In this document: one piece after another, positions 10,563-23,515 of the stretch | Numbering within the stretch: the stretch's first letter is position 1 | How the letters are laid out: every line of letters begins with the position of its first letter | NCBI GenBank assembly: GCA_034226945.1 | Contig: CP120457.1 | Coordinates: 248,001-312,000, forward strand | Origin: Picochlorum sp. SENEW3 | Lineage: Eukaryota | Direction: 5' to 3' | DNA length: 64,000 nt | Program-made: the position numbers and the translations under genes | The notes under the pieces: model-generated | The model's input: only the letters and a program-made list of their open reading frames with translations | Databases searched by the model: none | What the model was told of the DNA's origin: nothing

Positions 10563-13500
10563 TTATGCTGTGTGCTGTTGTCGAATGTATTCATTCACTC
10601 GCCCTCCATCCTTTGGCTGCTGAGTGTTTGATGAAGCGGCGCCTTTATTCTTTTGACGCAGACTATACATACTGTCTACACACTCGAGGATACTCTTGAA
10701 TTCTTCAGAAATAGAGAATGCATCTTTTGAGGCGGGAGGACCATACCCGGCGCCTCCTGGAGTTGCAAGCTTTAGCCTGTCACCTGCCTGCATGTGCACT
10801 GATGCCTTTCCACCAAGGTTCACCTCGACCCCATCCTTTTTCCTGATCCATACATTGTAACCTCTGGCACCATCAAGTCCACCAAGAAGTCCAGGAGGTG
10901 CGGTTGCTCGTCTTTCCGAGAGAATCGATACTGTCATTGGCCTTAAAAATTCCAGCTCTCGGACAATGCCATCGCCTCCTTTCCAACGACCGTCGCCTCC
11001 TGAACCTTGGCGCAGAGTGAATGATTTCACTACAACAGGGTACCGGCGTTCTAAAATTTCAGTGTCCGTAATTCTCGTATTCGTCATATGCGTATGGACA
11101 CCAGATTGGCCATGCCATCCTGGACCTGCACCTGCTCCTCCAGCAATGGTTTCATAATAGCCCATATTGCTGTCACCAAATGTCAAATTATTCATACATC
11201 CCTGAGAAGGTGCAGCTGCATTGAATGCACTCAATGCAACATCAGTCACCCGTTGACTGGTGAGCACATTGCCACCGACAACTGCAGCGTCAGCAGATGG
11301 GTTTAAAATAGATTTGGGAGGGATGATAACCTTGACTGGGGCCAAGCAGCCATGATTCAGTGGTATATCTTTCTGTATCATAGCCCTCAAAATGTAGATG
11401 ATTGCTGATTGAACGACAGCAGGGGGCGCATTGGTGTTTCCAAATACTTGGGGGCCAGTGCCCGTGAAATCAAAAATGGCAGTGCCCTCCTTGCGGTTGA
11501 TAGTCACTGCCAGGCAGATGCGAGTCCCGTCATCCATTTGATCCTCAGCGTGGACCTGACCAATTTCAGGGAGATTCATTTTTTCCGAAAACATGGACAG
11601 CATGTTCCTCACAGCCTCCTCTGCATTACTTTGAATGAACTCCATGTACGACTGAACAACAGAGAGACTGTATTCTTCAATCAAATCTTTCACCAACTTG
11701 ATACCACAGTTGTTTGCCGCAACCTGTGCTCGCAAATCTGAAATGTTGTCCTCAAGGTTTCGAGTACCAACAACCCCTGGAATGCCACTCTTGCCTGGCA
11801 GTTTGAGCAGCTCCTCTAAACCTTGTTCATCAAACTGGCCTCCTCGTACAAGTTTGAATGATACAATCGCTGCTCCTTCTTCTGCTAGACTGTGGGAATT
11901 TGGTGGCATGCTCCCTGGAGATATCCCTCCAATATCAGCATGGTGTCCCCGTGAGGCAACAAAGAAAACCACCTTGCCTTGCTCAAATACTGGGGTCATC
12001 ACTGTAATGTCTGGAAGATGGGATCCTCCCGCAAGTTGGGGGTGATTCGATATCAAGACGTCCCCTGGAGCAAGCGGATGGGATTCCCCAGCACCTCCAG
12101 CTGAATAATGCTTGATCTGATACTTGACAGCCTCCGACATGGCTCCCAGATGCACTGGTAAATGTGGCGCATTCGATACCAAATTACCTTGACTGTCAAA
12201 TAGAGCACACGAAAAATCTAGACGTTCCTTGATATTGACAGAGATTGACGTGCGTTGCAAAACTCGCCCCATTTGCTCTGCAATGCTCATGAACCGATGG
12301 GAAAAGACGGCAAGCTGAATGGGGTCACATGTCACCTCCGCATCTGCCGCCGCCTTCGACGTGTCGACCTCTTCCACATGTATCATCATACTTCCGTCTT
12401 TCATGATGATTGCACGGCACGATGGCTCCACCACAATTGTGCTGATGTCATCAATCACAATTGCAGGTCCATCAATGGTATCCCCAGCAGTGAGGTCATT
12501 CAACACAAACACAGCTGTATCCTGTACTCCTAGTGGCTCGAAGAATGCTTTAGTATATTTAACAGGCTTTGGATTGGACGTATTCAGATCGGACGGCATC
12601 TCCTGCTGGCTCAAAGCACCATGTTGACCAACAGCTCGAACTCTCACATCATCAACAACAATTTTTCTCCCACTAATAAGGAAACCGAATTCTCTCTCAT
12701 AACACCTTTTAAATTCTTCCTCACAACTATCATGTGACTCGCATGCCGTCATGATGGGAACGTCCGTGCCATCATATCGAAGATTCATAAATCTCTGAAC
12801 CTTGATATCCCCATCTCCAAAACCTTTTCCTCTCAGCTCTCCTCTGCAATTGGCTTCCAATACATCCAAGCGACTATTCAAGGAATTAAGTGTCTCAGGA
12901 CACAAATATTGGGCAGACGGCTCCTGAGACTCGCTCACCACATCAGCCAATCCAATGCCAACAGCTGACAACACACCAGAATACTTGTGGACAAAAATCT
13001 TCTTCATTCCCAAATTCCTCGCAATGGCACATGCATGCTGCCCCCCAGCACCACCAAAACACGCTAATGTATGTTTGGTAATATCATACCCTCTCATTTG
13101 CGTCAACGCGCGAATTGGGCGGCACATGGCCTCATTTGCAACCCTAATGAACCCCATGGCCACGTCCTCAACACTCTTCTCTGCAGCATGTTCATTAACC
13201 TGCTCCTGAATCTCAGACATCTTCTGTAATGCTCCTTGTACATCAAGAGGTTCATTTTCATGAGGCCCAAATATATGGGGGAAATACTCTGGAAGCACCC
13301 TCCCAAGGACAACATTGGCATCAGTGATTGCCAAATGACCATTCTTCCTGTAACATACCGGACCAGGATGGGCGCCAGCAGACTCTGGTCCTACTCGAAA
13401 AATCCCAGATTCATAAAACAGTCGACTCCCACCTCCTGCAGCTACCGTATTGATATCCAGTTGAGGTGCTTGAATGGTCACCCCTGCCGTTGTGCTCTCA

Positions 13501-14685
13501 AACACATGTTCATACTCTCCTGCATACCTGGACACATCCGTTGACGTCCCACCCATGTCAAAACCGATAATTTGCAAAGAACTCGGATCATAGGACTCTG
13601 TCGTGATGGCATATCCCACATACCCACCAGCAGGTCCAGACAAGATTGCTTTGTGACCAGAAAAGGACCCAACATCTGTCAACCCTCCGTCAGATTGCAT
13701 GAAATACACGGGCACATGTTTCAACCCACTATCAAATCCAGAGCTAAACGTTGCCACATATCGCAAAATATGTGGCGTCAAGTATGCATCAGCAGCTGCT
13801 GTGAAACCTCTGGGCACCATCTTGACCATCTGCATCACCTCTGACGACAGAGAGATTTGCTCAAAGCCCATATCAGACGCCAGTGCGCCAACCATTTTTT
13901 CGTGCTCAGGAAACAGAGCAGAATGCTTTAGCACCACCGCAATACTCTTGATCCCAGACTCCAAAACCTTTTGCAGCTCCAACCTCAATGCATCCAAATC
14001 AGGAGATTTTCGCACTGCTACATCCTCCCCAGTCACGGCCTTGACCACCTTTTCCCACCCCTCCTCATCATCTTGGGGATTGTCACCCGCACGCCTGCAT
14101 GGAATACTATGTACCGTCGTCACTATGCATACCACACCATCCTTGAATGTTGCATACACACATACACACCTAGAAGGCGTCCTTCCTAGAGGCAGAATAA
14201 CCTCCTCATCCACCTCAACAACCTCTTCATACAACAGATCAGGCTTCCGAATCTCCAGATCGAAAATATCTGGCCGAGATTGGTTGGCAATCTGAAGCAA
14301 GTCACGGAAACCCTTGGTCACCACCAAGGCAGCCCGCTCACCTTGCCTCTCCAGCAGCGCATTCGTCGCCACCTGCATACATTGCATCACATTATATAAA
14401 ATGTGATGGAATTATACCCATACCAGGACGTACCGTCGTTCCCATTCGAATGGATTCAATTCTACTCGTGTCAAGGGGCACGTCTCTCGGGTGTGGAATC
14501 CCAGTTTCCTGTTCCAAAATCCTCCGAATACCCTCTCTTGGAGCATCAGGGTAGTTGGAAGGATCAACAGATAACAATTTCAGAACCCTCTTTTTGGGAG
14601 ACCCATCTGGGTCTGCTGCTTGGGTCACTTCAGCACAGACATCCGTAAAGGTGCCACCTCGATCGATACTAAAACGAAATTTCAT
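10563..14685 (-). CDS. OXP1: 5-oxoprolinase (ATP-hydrolysing), hydantoinase A+B fusion; introns ~14373-14433 and ~14097-14168
   Basis: '[10 protein letters not shown]', '[14 protein letters not shown]', '[12 protein letters not shown]', '[13 protein letters not shown]', 'GGSHLPDIT' and '[14 protein letters not shown]'. Confidence 0.97.
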
Positions 14686-14726
14686 CAGTACTACTTTAAA
14701 TATGTAATATAAATACTGCCATGTCT

Positions 14727-15955
14727 TTAACCAAGCCTGAGAAGACTATTCAAATCGTCCAGCCATCCCAACTGATCACAGAGTTTTTCAATCATCGCAT
14801 CACAGTCACCAAGAAGAGCCACATCCCTAGAACGTGCATCATCTGAGAAATCAAATCCTTTCCTATACCCCATTTTCCGTAATTCAGGGTGCGCGTCTCC
14901 CACCTTTTCCCTGTTGATGAGCAGTCTGGGGCATGCCTGGTCCACCCTGTCAATCAATGACGCAAACGGATGTACAACAAGCGATGATCCCATGACAATG
15001 AGCAAATCCGCTTGAGCGAAATCAGACGGTATGCTGTTCCAAAACCTCTCTGGAAGGCTTTCTCCAAAAAACACAATGCCTGGTTTGACAAGACCTTGGC
15101 ATCCATCCTGCTTCACACACCTGCACGGCGTCTGCTGCATAATAGCTTCTCTGACATAGTTGGTATCATGTTCTGAGCGACAATCGATGCAATATGCAGT
15201 GTCAAAATTTCCATGTGCTGCAATAACAGCCTCTGTAGGCAGCCCTGCAAGGTGCTCCAGCGAGTCTATATTCTGCGTATAGCATCGCTGCAAGAGCCCT
15301 TTATCATGCAGCAATTTCAAAAAATAATGCGTCTTGGTCGGCTTGTATGTGCCTGGGAACAACTCTTTGGACAGCATGTAAAATGGGTCTGGATTGGACC
15401 TAAAAAAGTCAATTTCAAACACTGCCTGTGGGTGTGGAAGATTGTACTTTTCCAATCGACTATACAATCCAGTCCCTGGAGATCTAAAGTCTGGTATTCC
15501 AGCACTCACACTGATACCAGCCCCACACATGCATACAATCTTTTGTATACTTCCTTGCTGAATCCCATGCACAATATCATCCAATTCCACCCCAGTGGCC
15601 GATGTTTCGCCCCCATGCTCATCATCATCATCATTAGATGCTGCTGTCGATTCTTTGCCGAGTTGTATGAGCTCGGCAAATCGTTCCAGCACAGTCCTGT
15701 AATCCTCATCCTGCATGCAGGGTCAAACGAGTACATACCTTTAAGGTCTTTAATAAAAAAAAGGCACTGGGTCGTTCCATATGGCTCCTCCTCAGGGGAA
15801 CGTAGACGCACCGATTCAGACTCAAAACGAATCTCCTGAACAGTATCGCTGTATGATTCTTCTCCACTCTCTGTAGATGCTTCCCCAGTCGTACCACCCA
15901 CATGCGCTGCAAGCTCATCAGCAGATAGCTCGCTATCACTCGTCTCCGCACTCAT
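14727..15955 (-). CDS. NAD-dependent deacetylase, class I sirtuin (SIRT2/Hst2-like); intron ~15711-15811
   Basis: '[21 protein letters not shown]', 'YTQNIDSLE', 'AHG', 'KPGIVFFGE' and 'LINRE'. An upstream acidic exon joins in frame via GTGCGT...GCAG. Confidence 0.94.
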
Positions 15956-16452
15956 TATTGCTATTTAGTTAGTACTACTATAAAGATGATAATATGGAAT
16001 TGCAGAAATTGTAAGGAAATGTTATACACTGAACCTATTTTATTTTTTAATGTATCTAATTAATAATACAGACGGATCCCATGCGCATGCCACATTGAAT
16101 TTCTTACCCAGACAATGAATCAGGTTCCCATGACATCCTCCTGCCCTGTATTTTATTGCAAAAATAACAAGAGTTATTTCTACGTAGTAGTAGTACATCC
16201 AAGTGGTCCACAGAGGGGATTGTTGTGCTCTCTCTCCCATACGGCAATTCTGGGCCATTTGAAATTGTTTCAGGGACTGACTCCCAAGGACAGCCTTGGA
16301 TCATCCTACCAAATAGATTGATTGAAGTATATAGTAATAGTGGTGCAATATGGCGCCTGCAAAGAGAGCAAAGGTGCGTGTGTGGTTTTTGCTGTGCCTC
16401 GAGGTCGTCGTTCAACGTCCATGGGTGGGTGCAGAGGAATGCGGCAACGCCC

Positions 16453-18633
16453 ATGAATGGCACGGGTGCCAAGCGATCTCAGACGCCAAAGACGCTCTGC
16501 TTGGATGACCGCGTGACAGCAGTGTCAGCCGAGACGAGTCCATCCAGTGTCCAGGAGCAGGCTGTGGATGGGGGATTTGTGTCGAATGCCTCGCTGGAGG
16601 AGAATGAGTTGGAAGCCTTTTGTGCTCCAGAGTATGCGTTGGAGGAGGAGAAGAAGTTGAGAGAGGCGAGGGAGAAGATGGAAGAGGAGGAAAAGGATTG
16701 TGACCCAGCACAAGAGGAGACTGTGTTGGAGAAGAACAAGTATGCTCAGTTGGATCGCTTGTTGGATCAGAGTAAACTGTACACGCAGTTTTTGTCGGAG
16801 CAGATGAATACGGCGCAAGAGTCGACCATGCAGTCTGCAGAGAAGGAGGCTATGGAGAAGAAGAAGAAGAAGAACAAGGGTGGGAAGAAGAGAGAGCGGG
16901 CTTCCTCTTCTTCGCTGTCAGTGGAGGAAGCGGCATCAGAGTTGTGCCCAGGTTTCAATGGATCGTTGAGAGATTACCAGTTGAAAGGAGTGCAGTGGTT
17001 GATATCATTGTATCAGAATGGGCTGAATGGAATACTTGCAGATCAGATGGGACTAGGCAAGACTGTCCAGACGATTGCATTCTTGTGCCATATTAGAAGC
17101 AAGGGTATTGTTGGGCCATTCATGGTGATTGGACCGCTGTCCACGTTGCCGAATTGGGTGGCAGAGTTTGAGAGGTGGGCACCAGAGTTTCCAGCAGTGC
17201 TGTACCATGGCTCCAAGGAAGAGCGAGCAGAGCTGCGACGCACGTCTTTGTTCAAGCCTGTCGATGACAAATTCCCAGTTATTGTGACATCGTATGAAAT
17301 CGCTATAGCTGATATCAAGTTTTTGCAGAAATTGCATTGGAAATATGTGGTGGTTGATGAAGGTCATCGACTGAAGAATATGAATTGCAAATTGATTCGC
17401 CAGCTCAAGATGCTGAGCACAGATAACAAATTATTGTTGACAGGAACCCCATTGCAGAATAATTTGGGCGAGCTATGGTCCCTCCTCAACTTTTTGCTGC
17501 CAGATGTGTTTCATTCATTGGAGAATTTCGAGTCTTGGTTTGACTTTGCCAGCTCTGTTGGGCAGGAAGGCGCGGATGCGGAAATTATTGCAAAAGAACA
17601 GCGTAATAATGTTATTTCAAAGTTGCATGGAATTCTCAAGCCATTTTTGCTACGCCGAGTCAAGTCTGATGTGGAGACATCGCTCCCAGGAAAGATGGAG
17701 GTTGTCTTGTATGCAGACATGACTGACAAGCAAAAGGAAATAAATCAGCAGCTCCGCGACAAGACGCTCGCATCGTCAATGAAGGGTAAAGGTGGCAACC
17801 CATCCACAGCATCCTTGAACAATATGCTGATGCAAATGAGGAAAAATTGCAACCACCCAGATCTCATCACAGCCCCGTATGAAGGGGGTTTCATGTATCC
17901 ACCTGCTGCGCAACTCGTTGCTGAATGCGGTAAAATGAATCTGCTGGATCGTTTACTGAATAAATTGATCCCGAATGGACACAAAATTCTGATCTTTAGT
18001 CAAATGACATCCATGCTTGATTTGCTGGATGCCTACTTTGATGAGAAGAAGATTGGCTGCTGCCGAATTGATGGATCGATATCTTGGCAAGAGAGGCAAG
18101 CGAGTATGAAGAAATTCAACACCGATCCCAACTACAAGGTGTTTTTGCTGTCGACAAGAGCCGGAGGCCTGGGTATTAATCTCACAGCAGCAGACACGTG
18201 CATCATCTATGACTCTGATTGGAACCCACACCAAGACTTACAAGCCATGGACAGATGCCATAGGATTGGACAACAAAAACCAGTTCTTGTTTTGCGACTG
18301 GCCACCGCCCACAGTGTGGAAGGAAAGATGCTCCGGAAGGCAAACTCAAAACTGATGCTGGAAAGACTGGTGATCAAAAAGGGTGCCTTTATTGATCTGG
18401 AAGAGAAGAAGAATACCAGCATGAACTCTGAAGATTTGATGGAGATTCTCAAAGCTGACGTTAGTCTGGACGATGTCCCTCAGAGCAGAGAGATTGACGA
18501 CACCATGCTGGCCAAGATTTTGGACAGAAACCATCTAGGCACAGGACAGCCTCTTCCATACGATGAAATTGGTCCAGGCTACGAAGTCGTCCAACAGCTC
18601 GATGGCTCTGGATTATTAAAAGGAATTGAATAG
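16453..18633 (+). CDS. DDM1: SNF2-family chromatin remodeller DDM1/HELLS(LSH)
   Basis: 'LDRLLDQSKLYTQFLSEQM' N-terminal helix, 'NGILADQMGLGKT', 'DEGHRLKN', 'RKNCNHPDL' and 'QAMDRCHRIGQQKPV'. ADQMG and QAMDRCHRIGQ are typical of plant DDM1. First ATG is at 16453. Confidence 0.93.
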   Translation: MNGTGAKRSQTPKTLCLDDRVTAVSAETSPSSVQEQAVDGGFVSNASLEENELEAFCAPEYALEEEKKLREAREKMEEEEKDCDPAQEETVLEKNKYAQLDRLLDQSKLYTQFLSEQMNTAQESTMQSAEKEAMEKKKKKNKGGKKRERASSSSLSVEEAASELCPGFNGSLRDYQLKGVQWLISLYQNGLNGILADQMGLGKTVQTIAFLCHIRSKGIVGPFMVIGPLSTLPNWVAEFERWAPEFPAVLYHGSKEERAELRRTSLFKPVDDKFPVIVTSYEIAIADIKFLQKLHWKYVVVDEGHRLKNMNCKLIRQLKMLSTDNKLLLTGTPLQNNLGELWSLLNFLLPDVFHSLENFESWFDFASSVGQEGADAEIIAKEQRNNVISKLHGILKPFLLRRVKSDVETSLPGKMEVVLYADMTDKQKEINQQLRDKTLASSMKGKGGNPSTASLNNMLMQMRKNCNHPDLITAPYEGGFMYPPAAQLVAECGKMNLLDRLLNKLIPNGHKILIFSQMTSMLDLLDAYFDEKKIGCCRIDGSISWQERQASMKKFNTDPNYKVFLLSTRAGGLGINLTAADTCIIYDSDWNPHQDLQAMDRCHRIGQQKPVLVLRLATAHSVEGKMLRKANSKLMLERLVIKKGAFIDLEEKKNTSMNSEDLMEILKADVSLDDVPQSREIDDTMLAKILDRNHLGTGQPLPYDEIGPGYEVVQQLDGSGLLKGIE

Positions 18634-18772
18634 TAGTAGCAGATATATCATTCATCAAACGTGCTGTAAAACGAAAAAGGATTTCTAATGAATACGAGTG
18701 TCAATTGCACTGGGCATGCTAGGTGCGATGGCTTTTTTTGAATGCTTGTCTATAATTGATATTTTTAGCAAT

Positions 18773-19981
18773 ATGGTTTTGATACTCTGTAGGCCATCGA
18801 TCAGCCTTTCGAGGCATCAGCAACACCGTTTGAGATTTTGGCCACAAAACTCTCCTCATTCTTCTTCTTCTTCTTACCCTCATCAGGTAAGAAGAAGAAG
18901 AAGAACAATCACTAGAGAAGACAAGAAGAGTCTTTTGATTGCTCGATCAGAGTCTGCGGATAGTCCACTGGTGGTACGGTATTGTTGTTGTTGGAGACTT
19001 GGTATTAGTATTGATTTGGTAAGAACATGTGGTGTCACAAATCATATTGTGCAGGAGGAGGCATCATCGTCAGAAAAGGTGGTTGGGTTTGTGAGTGCAT
19101 TTTGGAAGTTTCTGAGACCCCATACTATCCGAGGGACTATTCTGGGGTCTCTTGCAGTGACGTCAAAAGCATTAATGGAGAATCCAAATGCCATTGATTG
19201 GGGACTCGTTCCAAGAGCCATGCTGGGTGTCTTGGCATTGCTCTGCGGTAATGGATATATTGTAGGTATCAATCAAATATACGATGTGGATATTGACGCT
19301 GTGAACAAGCCTTTTCTGCCAGTTGCAGCTGGGGAATTATCGGCTGTCAAGGCATGGGTGATTTGTGTTGTGTTGGCGGCGACTGGACTGGGAATTACCA
19401 CGTATAATTTTGGATCATTGATTGCCAAATTGTATGCATTTGGCCTGTTTCTAGGAACCATATATTCTGTACCACCTTTCCGCCTGAAGAGGAGTGCGAT
19501 TGCGGCCTTTGCTATTATTGCCACAGTGAGGGGTTTCCTGCTGAATTTCGGAGTCTACCATGCTACAAGAGCAGCTCTCGGCCTTCCGTTTGTGTGGAGT
19601 CCCCCTATTGCATTCATCACAGTTTTTGTGACAATCTTTGCCACGGTGATTGCCATTACAAAGGATCTGCCGGATGTGGAAGGAGACAGAAAGTTTGGTA
19701 TTGACACCTTTGCGACACGAATGGGGGTCAGGAATATTGCCTTCCTTGGTTCAGGGTTGCTCATTGCAAACTATACCGGGGCTATTGCGTTGGCAATGCG
19801 AATGCCAGCTGCATTCAATGCATCAATCATGATTCCATTCCATGCTGTGCTTGCATTGCTCCTGACATACAAGACGTTGAAATTAGATGCAGCAAAGTAT
19901 ACAAAATCGGCTATTCAAGCATATTATAGGTTTATTTGGTACTTGTTTTATTCAGAATATGCAATTTTACCCTTCTTGTAA
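18773..19981 (+). CDS. HST: Homogentisate solanesyltransferase (plastoquinone synthesis, UbiA family); in-frame intron near 18975-19053
   Basis: '[13 protein letters not shown]', '[19 protein letters not shown]', 'KDLPDVEGD' and '[12 protein letters not shown]'. Transit-peptide-like N-terminus. Confidence 0.92.
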   Translation: MVLILCRPSISLSRHQQHRLRFWPQNSPHSSSSSYPHQVRRRRRTITREDKKSLLIARSESADSPLVVRYCCCWRLGISIDLVRTCGVTNHIVQEEASSSEKVVGFVSAFWKFLRPHTIRGTILGSLAVTSKALMENPNAIDWGLVPRAMLGVLALLCGNGYIVGINQIYDVDIDAVNKPFLPVAAGELSAVKAWVICVVLAATGLGITTYNFGSLIAKLYAFGLFLGTIYSVPPFRLKRSAIAAFAIIATVRGFLLNFGVYHATRAALGLPFVWSPPIAFITVFVTIFATVIAITKDLPDVEGDRKFGIDTFATRMGVRNIAFLGSGLLIANYTGAIALAMRMPAAFNASIMIPFHAVLALLLTYKTLKLDAAKYTKSAIQAYYRFIWYLFYSEYAILPFL

Positions 19982-22153
19982 GAGGAGAACAGACTCGAGT
20001 TGTTGTAATAAATAATGACACGTGTCCTTGGTGGTGAATGGCGTCACCATGATGTATATGACGTCTCCCAGAGGTCGAGCATATATGTTTTGTTCGAGCA
20101 ATTTCTGAGCCAGGGCTGCAGCGGCGCCCGATTGATACCCAGAGTCGTCTGATTCAAGCTGTACAGAGACTACTGTGCCAAGTGAAAAAATCCCCTTGAC
20201 ACGAGAGAGATGCGATATCTTCTCCACTCGATCCTGATCCCACAACTCGATCAATCTATTGCATGAAGTCTCGCACTGCTTGGTACACGTGCCGTTCACT
20301 GGGGAGCACACGTTTGGGTTGGACAAGGGGTTGCCCATGGCTTGTAGAGAATACCGGCCTGCGGCGCACCCGACAGGGTGCGCCGTGTACGAGTGTCCAT
20401 GGAGGAGCGCTAGTGCTTTTGTGTCCCCCTGAAATGCGTTGAATACCTCTTCTGACGACAATGTGATGGACATTGGGACGACACCTCCGGTCAAGAGTTT
20501 GGCGTAGCAGCCAATGTCTGGTGTGATGCCAAGCAGCGATGTTGCCGCAGATGGAGCACCCAACCTCCAAATCCCGGTGAACACTTCATCGACAATCAAA
20601 GGGATGTTTCTTTCTCTACAAACGCGTGCCATGGCGCGGTGAAATTCCGGATCAATCATGCGCATGCCACCTGCTCCTTGAACAACAGGCTCAATAATGC
20701 ATGCTCCCACACAGTGGTCTGGATAGGCTTTAGCATGTGCATCCAGTGACTCTCGAATATGGACGTCATAGTCTTTAATATCGGTTTGAACGACCCATGC
20801 GCCATTCTTCATGGCCACAGTGGGTGGGTCCAGGAAGAGCCCTCGTCCCTCAAACCACGGAGTTTGCAGTCGTCCATTAAACACACTGGGAGGTACTGCA
20901 TCCATTGTTCCCAACGTATCGCCATGATATGCACCTTGGACTCCTAAGACGTGGAGTTTGACCTCATCGTCATGCAATATGTTGTGATCCACCATGTATT
21001 TGCGAAATGCCATTTTAAGCGCCACCTCGACAGCAGTAGACCCATTATCGCTGAAGAATGCTCTGGATGCCCAACCCTCTCCAACCTCACGAATCAACTG
21101 CTGAGCTACATCAAGGGCAGGTTTGTGTATGTTTCTCGGGAAGATGACGTGGCCATACCGTCCAATGGCGCCAGCAACCTCTAGAGCCATGCCGGGCATG
21201 TGCTCAGCATCCATCCCTTGCGTCCACCAGCTCGCACAGCCATCATACACGGAGCGCAGTGTATGATTGTTGTTTTTAGCATTCATTATAACCATATCTT
21301 CTCCAGCTCTAGAATCAATCACAGTGACATTTTCATACCCGCTTGAAATCTCTTGATGCTGGGTAAAAGGCCACCAGATGGAATGCAGCGCGCGCTCTCC
21401 AGCCTGTTCCAACCATTCCCTATCCTGTTTGGCACAACGATGCAAATACGATTCCATATCCCGGAATGTATCCATAGTATCCATCAACCATTGCTTCAAG
21501 TGTCTATCGATAATACCATCATCATTATAATTATTCTGGTCTGGTGGTGGCAAGCATGGCGACAATGGAAACACAGCGGCATCTACATGCTTTTCAATAC
21601 TCTTGTAATTGTCCAAACCAGAATTCTCCACGATGGCAATAACAGGAATCGAATATCCTCGTACTTTAAGCATCTCGTATGACGACAGTGTCGTCGAAAT
21701 ACCACCCAATTGACCATCCCCTACCAGCAACGCTGGGTACCTCAGTGGCCTCAGCAAGTCACACTGCAGCCTTCCACTCGGACCTGGACTTCCTGGTCCC
21801 CCTGCAGTCTCGAGCACCACTAGATCAGCAGCATCCGAGTTTTCTTCCGCCACGCTCTGTCGAATAGCTGACACGACAGAGGCATCATCTGGTGGTGATG
21901 TTCCTGCAGCCAGATGTGGACTCACAGCATCCTTCCAGGCAAACAATGTCTTGGACACGAAAGAATCACCAAGCCTCCACGCATCAACGACGCGAGATAC
22001 GAGGCGAGCATCGCTATCCTCTGGATATCCCGTTTGGACCGGTTTCAAATATTGGACAGCCCGGTGCTCTCGCAACGCCGACAGGACCAGTCCAGATGAC
22101 ACCAACGTTTTGCCAACGTTGGTGTTTGCTCCCCAAGTTGTAACAATCCTCAT
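19967..22153 (-). CDS. BIO3-BIO1: Bifunctional dethiobiotin synthetase / DAPA aminotransferase (BioD-BioA fusion)
   Basis: BioD motifs 'GANTNVGKT', 'KPVQTG' and 'LETAGG'. BioA motifs 'WWPFTQH', 'ASWWTQG', '[14 protein letters not shown]', 'YHGDT', 'DEVFTG', 'AKLLTGG' and 'HGHSYTAHP'. Confidence 0.97.
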   Translation of the reverse strand: MRIVTTWGANTNVGKTLVSSGLVLSALREHRAVQYLKPVQTGYPEDSDARLVSRVVDAWRLGDSFVSKTLFAWKDAVSPHLAAGTSPPDDASVVSAIRQSVAEENSDAADLVVLETAGGPGSPGPSGRLQCDLLRPLRYPALLVGDGQLGGISTTLSSYEMLKVRGYSIPVIAIVENSGLDNYKSIEKHVDAAVFPLSPCLPPPDQNNYNDDGIIDRHLKQWLMDTMDTFRDMESYLHRCAKQDREWLEQAGERALHSIWWPFTQHQEISSGYENVTVIDSRAGEDMVIMNAKNNNHTLRSVYDGCASWWTQGMDAEHMPGMALEVAGAIGRYGHVIFPRNIHKPALDVAQQLIREVGEGWASRAFFSDNGSTAVEVALKMAFRKYMVDHNILHDDEVKLHVLGVQGAYHGDTLGTMDAVPPSVFNGRLQTPWFEGRGLFLDPPTVAMKNGAWVVQTDIKDYDVHIRESLDAHAKAYPDHCVGACIIEPVVQGAGGMRMIDPEFHRAMARVCRERNIPLIVDEVFTGIWRLGAPSAATSLLGITPDIGCYAKLLTGGVVPMSITLSSEEVFNAFQGDTKALALLHGHSYTAHPVGCAAGRYSLQAMGNPLSNPNVCSPVNGTCTKQCETSCNRLIELWDQDRVEKISHLSRVKGIFSLGTVVSVQLESDDSGYQSGAAAALAQKLLEQNIYARPLGDVIYIMVTPFTTKDTCHYLLQQLESVLLLQEG

Positions 22154-22327
22154 CTAGTAGATGTTTTTTTTTCGATTGATAAAAAAAAAACATCGGTGAA
22201 ATTGTCGCAAAAAGAAAAATAATGTGGGTGGTGGCGCCCTTTGCATTTTTTTTGATTTTAGAGATGATCTGCTTGTCATCAAACAATTTTTTTTAAAACA
22301 AACATACATCTATCTACAATATGTAAT

Positions 22328-23515
22328 ATGGCCCATAATCACTCGTATGATGATTATCATTCATGGGTCACGGCACGTCTGGAGGAATTGAATGCTCGGC
22401 ATTTGCGACGACATCTAAACAACATAGTTCAACCCTATTGTCAGGCAGACAACAGATCGTTTAATAGTAATGATTATTTGGGATTGTCATCGCATCCTGC
22501 CGTGCGACAAGCTATGGCCAAAGTCGCCATGCAGTATGGCAATGGCCCAAGGTCCTCGGCTCTTGTGGCAGGATACACGCAGTATCATCGTGACTTGGAG
22601 ACTCAGATATCTCAATTGAAAGAGACGGAGGAGGCGGTATTATTTTCTTCGGGTTTCGCAGCGAACGTGGGGCTGCTCTCTTCATTGCTCAGTGAAGGAA
22701 ACATTGATGTGTTTTCAGACGAGTTGAACCACGCATCCATTATTGATGGTATCCGTCTGGGAAAAGCGTACAACAAGAGTTGTTCAGTACATGTGTATCG
22801 GCATAATGATATGGCGCATTTGGACGAATTATTATTATCACGTTGTAGGAGAAATAGGAGGAGACTCGTCGTCACAGATTCTCTCTTTAGCATGGATGGT
22901 GATTTCGCTCGTCTCCCCGATATTGTGCGATTAAAAAAAAAGCATGGGTTTCTTTTGATTATTGATGAGGCTCATGCCACCCTGGTATGTGGAGAGCATG
23001 GAGGTGGTGCAGCAGAAATGTTTGGTGTGCAGAAGCACGTTGATCTCCATGTGGGGACACTCAGCAAAGCTGTCGGCAGCCAGGGAGGCTTTGTGGCGTG
23101 CAGTGCCTCGATGAAGAACTTTTTAGTGAATAAAGGCCGAACACTTGTGTTTTCAACGTCGCTACCAATACCCTGTGTTGCGAGTGCTCAGATGGGCATT
23201 GTGATTGGGCAAAGAGAGCCTTGGAGACGACGGCACCTAGAACAATTGACACGTCGAATTCAACAACAAATAGGAAGCGGTGCAGCATCTCCAATTATTC
23301 CCATTGTGATTGGACCAGAGCAGCAAACATTGGAGATTGCAGATACCATGCAGAAAGATTATGGTTTTATAATACCTGCCATCCGGCCTCCAACAGTGCC
23401 ATCTGGCACCTCGAGGCTTCGGATATCATTGTCAGCGACACACAAGACATCTACAGTTGATGAATTAATTGAGGCGTTGATTGAGGCGACAAGGCCGCGA
23501 CGTGGCAAATTGTAA
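22328..23515 (+). CDS. bioF: 8-amino-7-oxononanoate (KAPA) synthase
   Basis: 'SNDYLGLS', 'SGFAAN', 'DELNHASIIDG', 'DSLFSMDGD', 'DEAHA', 'GTLSKA' and 'AIRPPTVP...SRLRISL'. C-terminus is RRGKL (PTS1-like). Confidence 0.95.
   Translation: MAHNHSYDDYHSWVTARLEELNARHLRRHLNNIVQPYCQADNRSFNSNDYLGLSSHPAVRQAMAKVAMQYGNGPRSSALVAGYTQYHRDLETQISQLKETEEAVLFSSGFAANVGLLSSLLSEGNIDVFSDELNHASIIDGIRLGKAYNKSCSVHVYRHNDMAHLDELLLSRCRRNRRRLVVTDSLFSMDGDFARLPDIVRLKKKHGFLLIIDEAHATLVCGEHGGGAAEMFGVQKHVDLHVGTLSKAVGSQGGFVACSASMKNFLVNKGRTLVFSTSLPIPCVASAQMGIVIGQREPWRRRHLEQLTRRIQQQIGSGAASPIIPIVIGPEQQTLEIADTMQKDYGFIIPAIRPPTVPSGTSRLRISLSATHKTSTVDELIEALIEATRPRRGKL

Noticed and set aside
16225..16452. Long N-terminal extensions in the ORF track (also 8038, 9675, 18698, 44596, 52001, 59377)
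   Set aside because: They arise from non-ATG starts, UTR or intron read-through. Eukaryotic ATG and splice models fit better.
4600..23500. Numerous 60-200 aa antisense ORFs inside housekeeping genes
   Set aside because: Shadow ORFs of well-supported genes on the opposite strand or in other frames.
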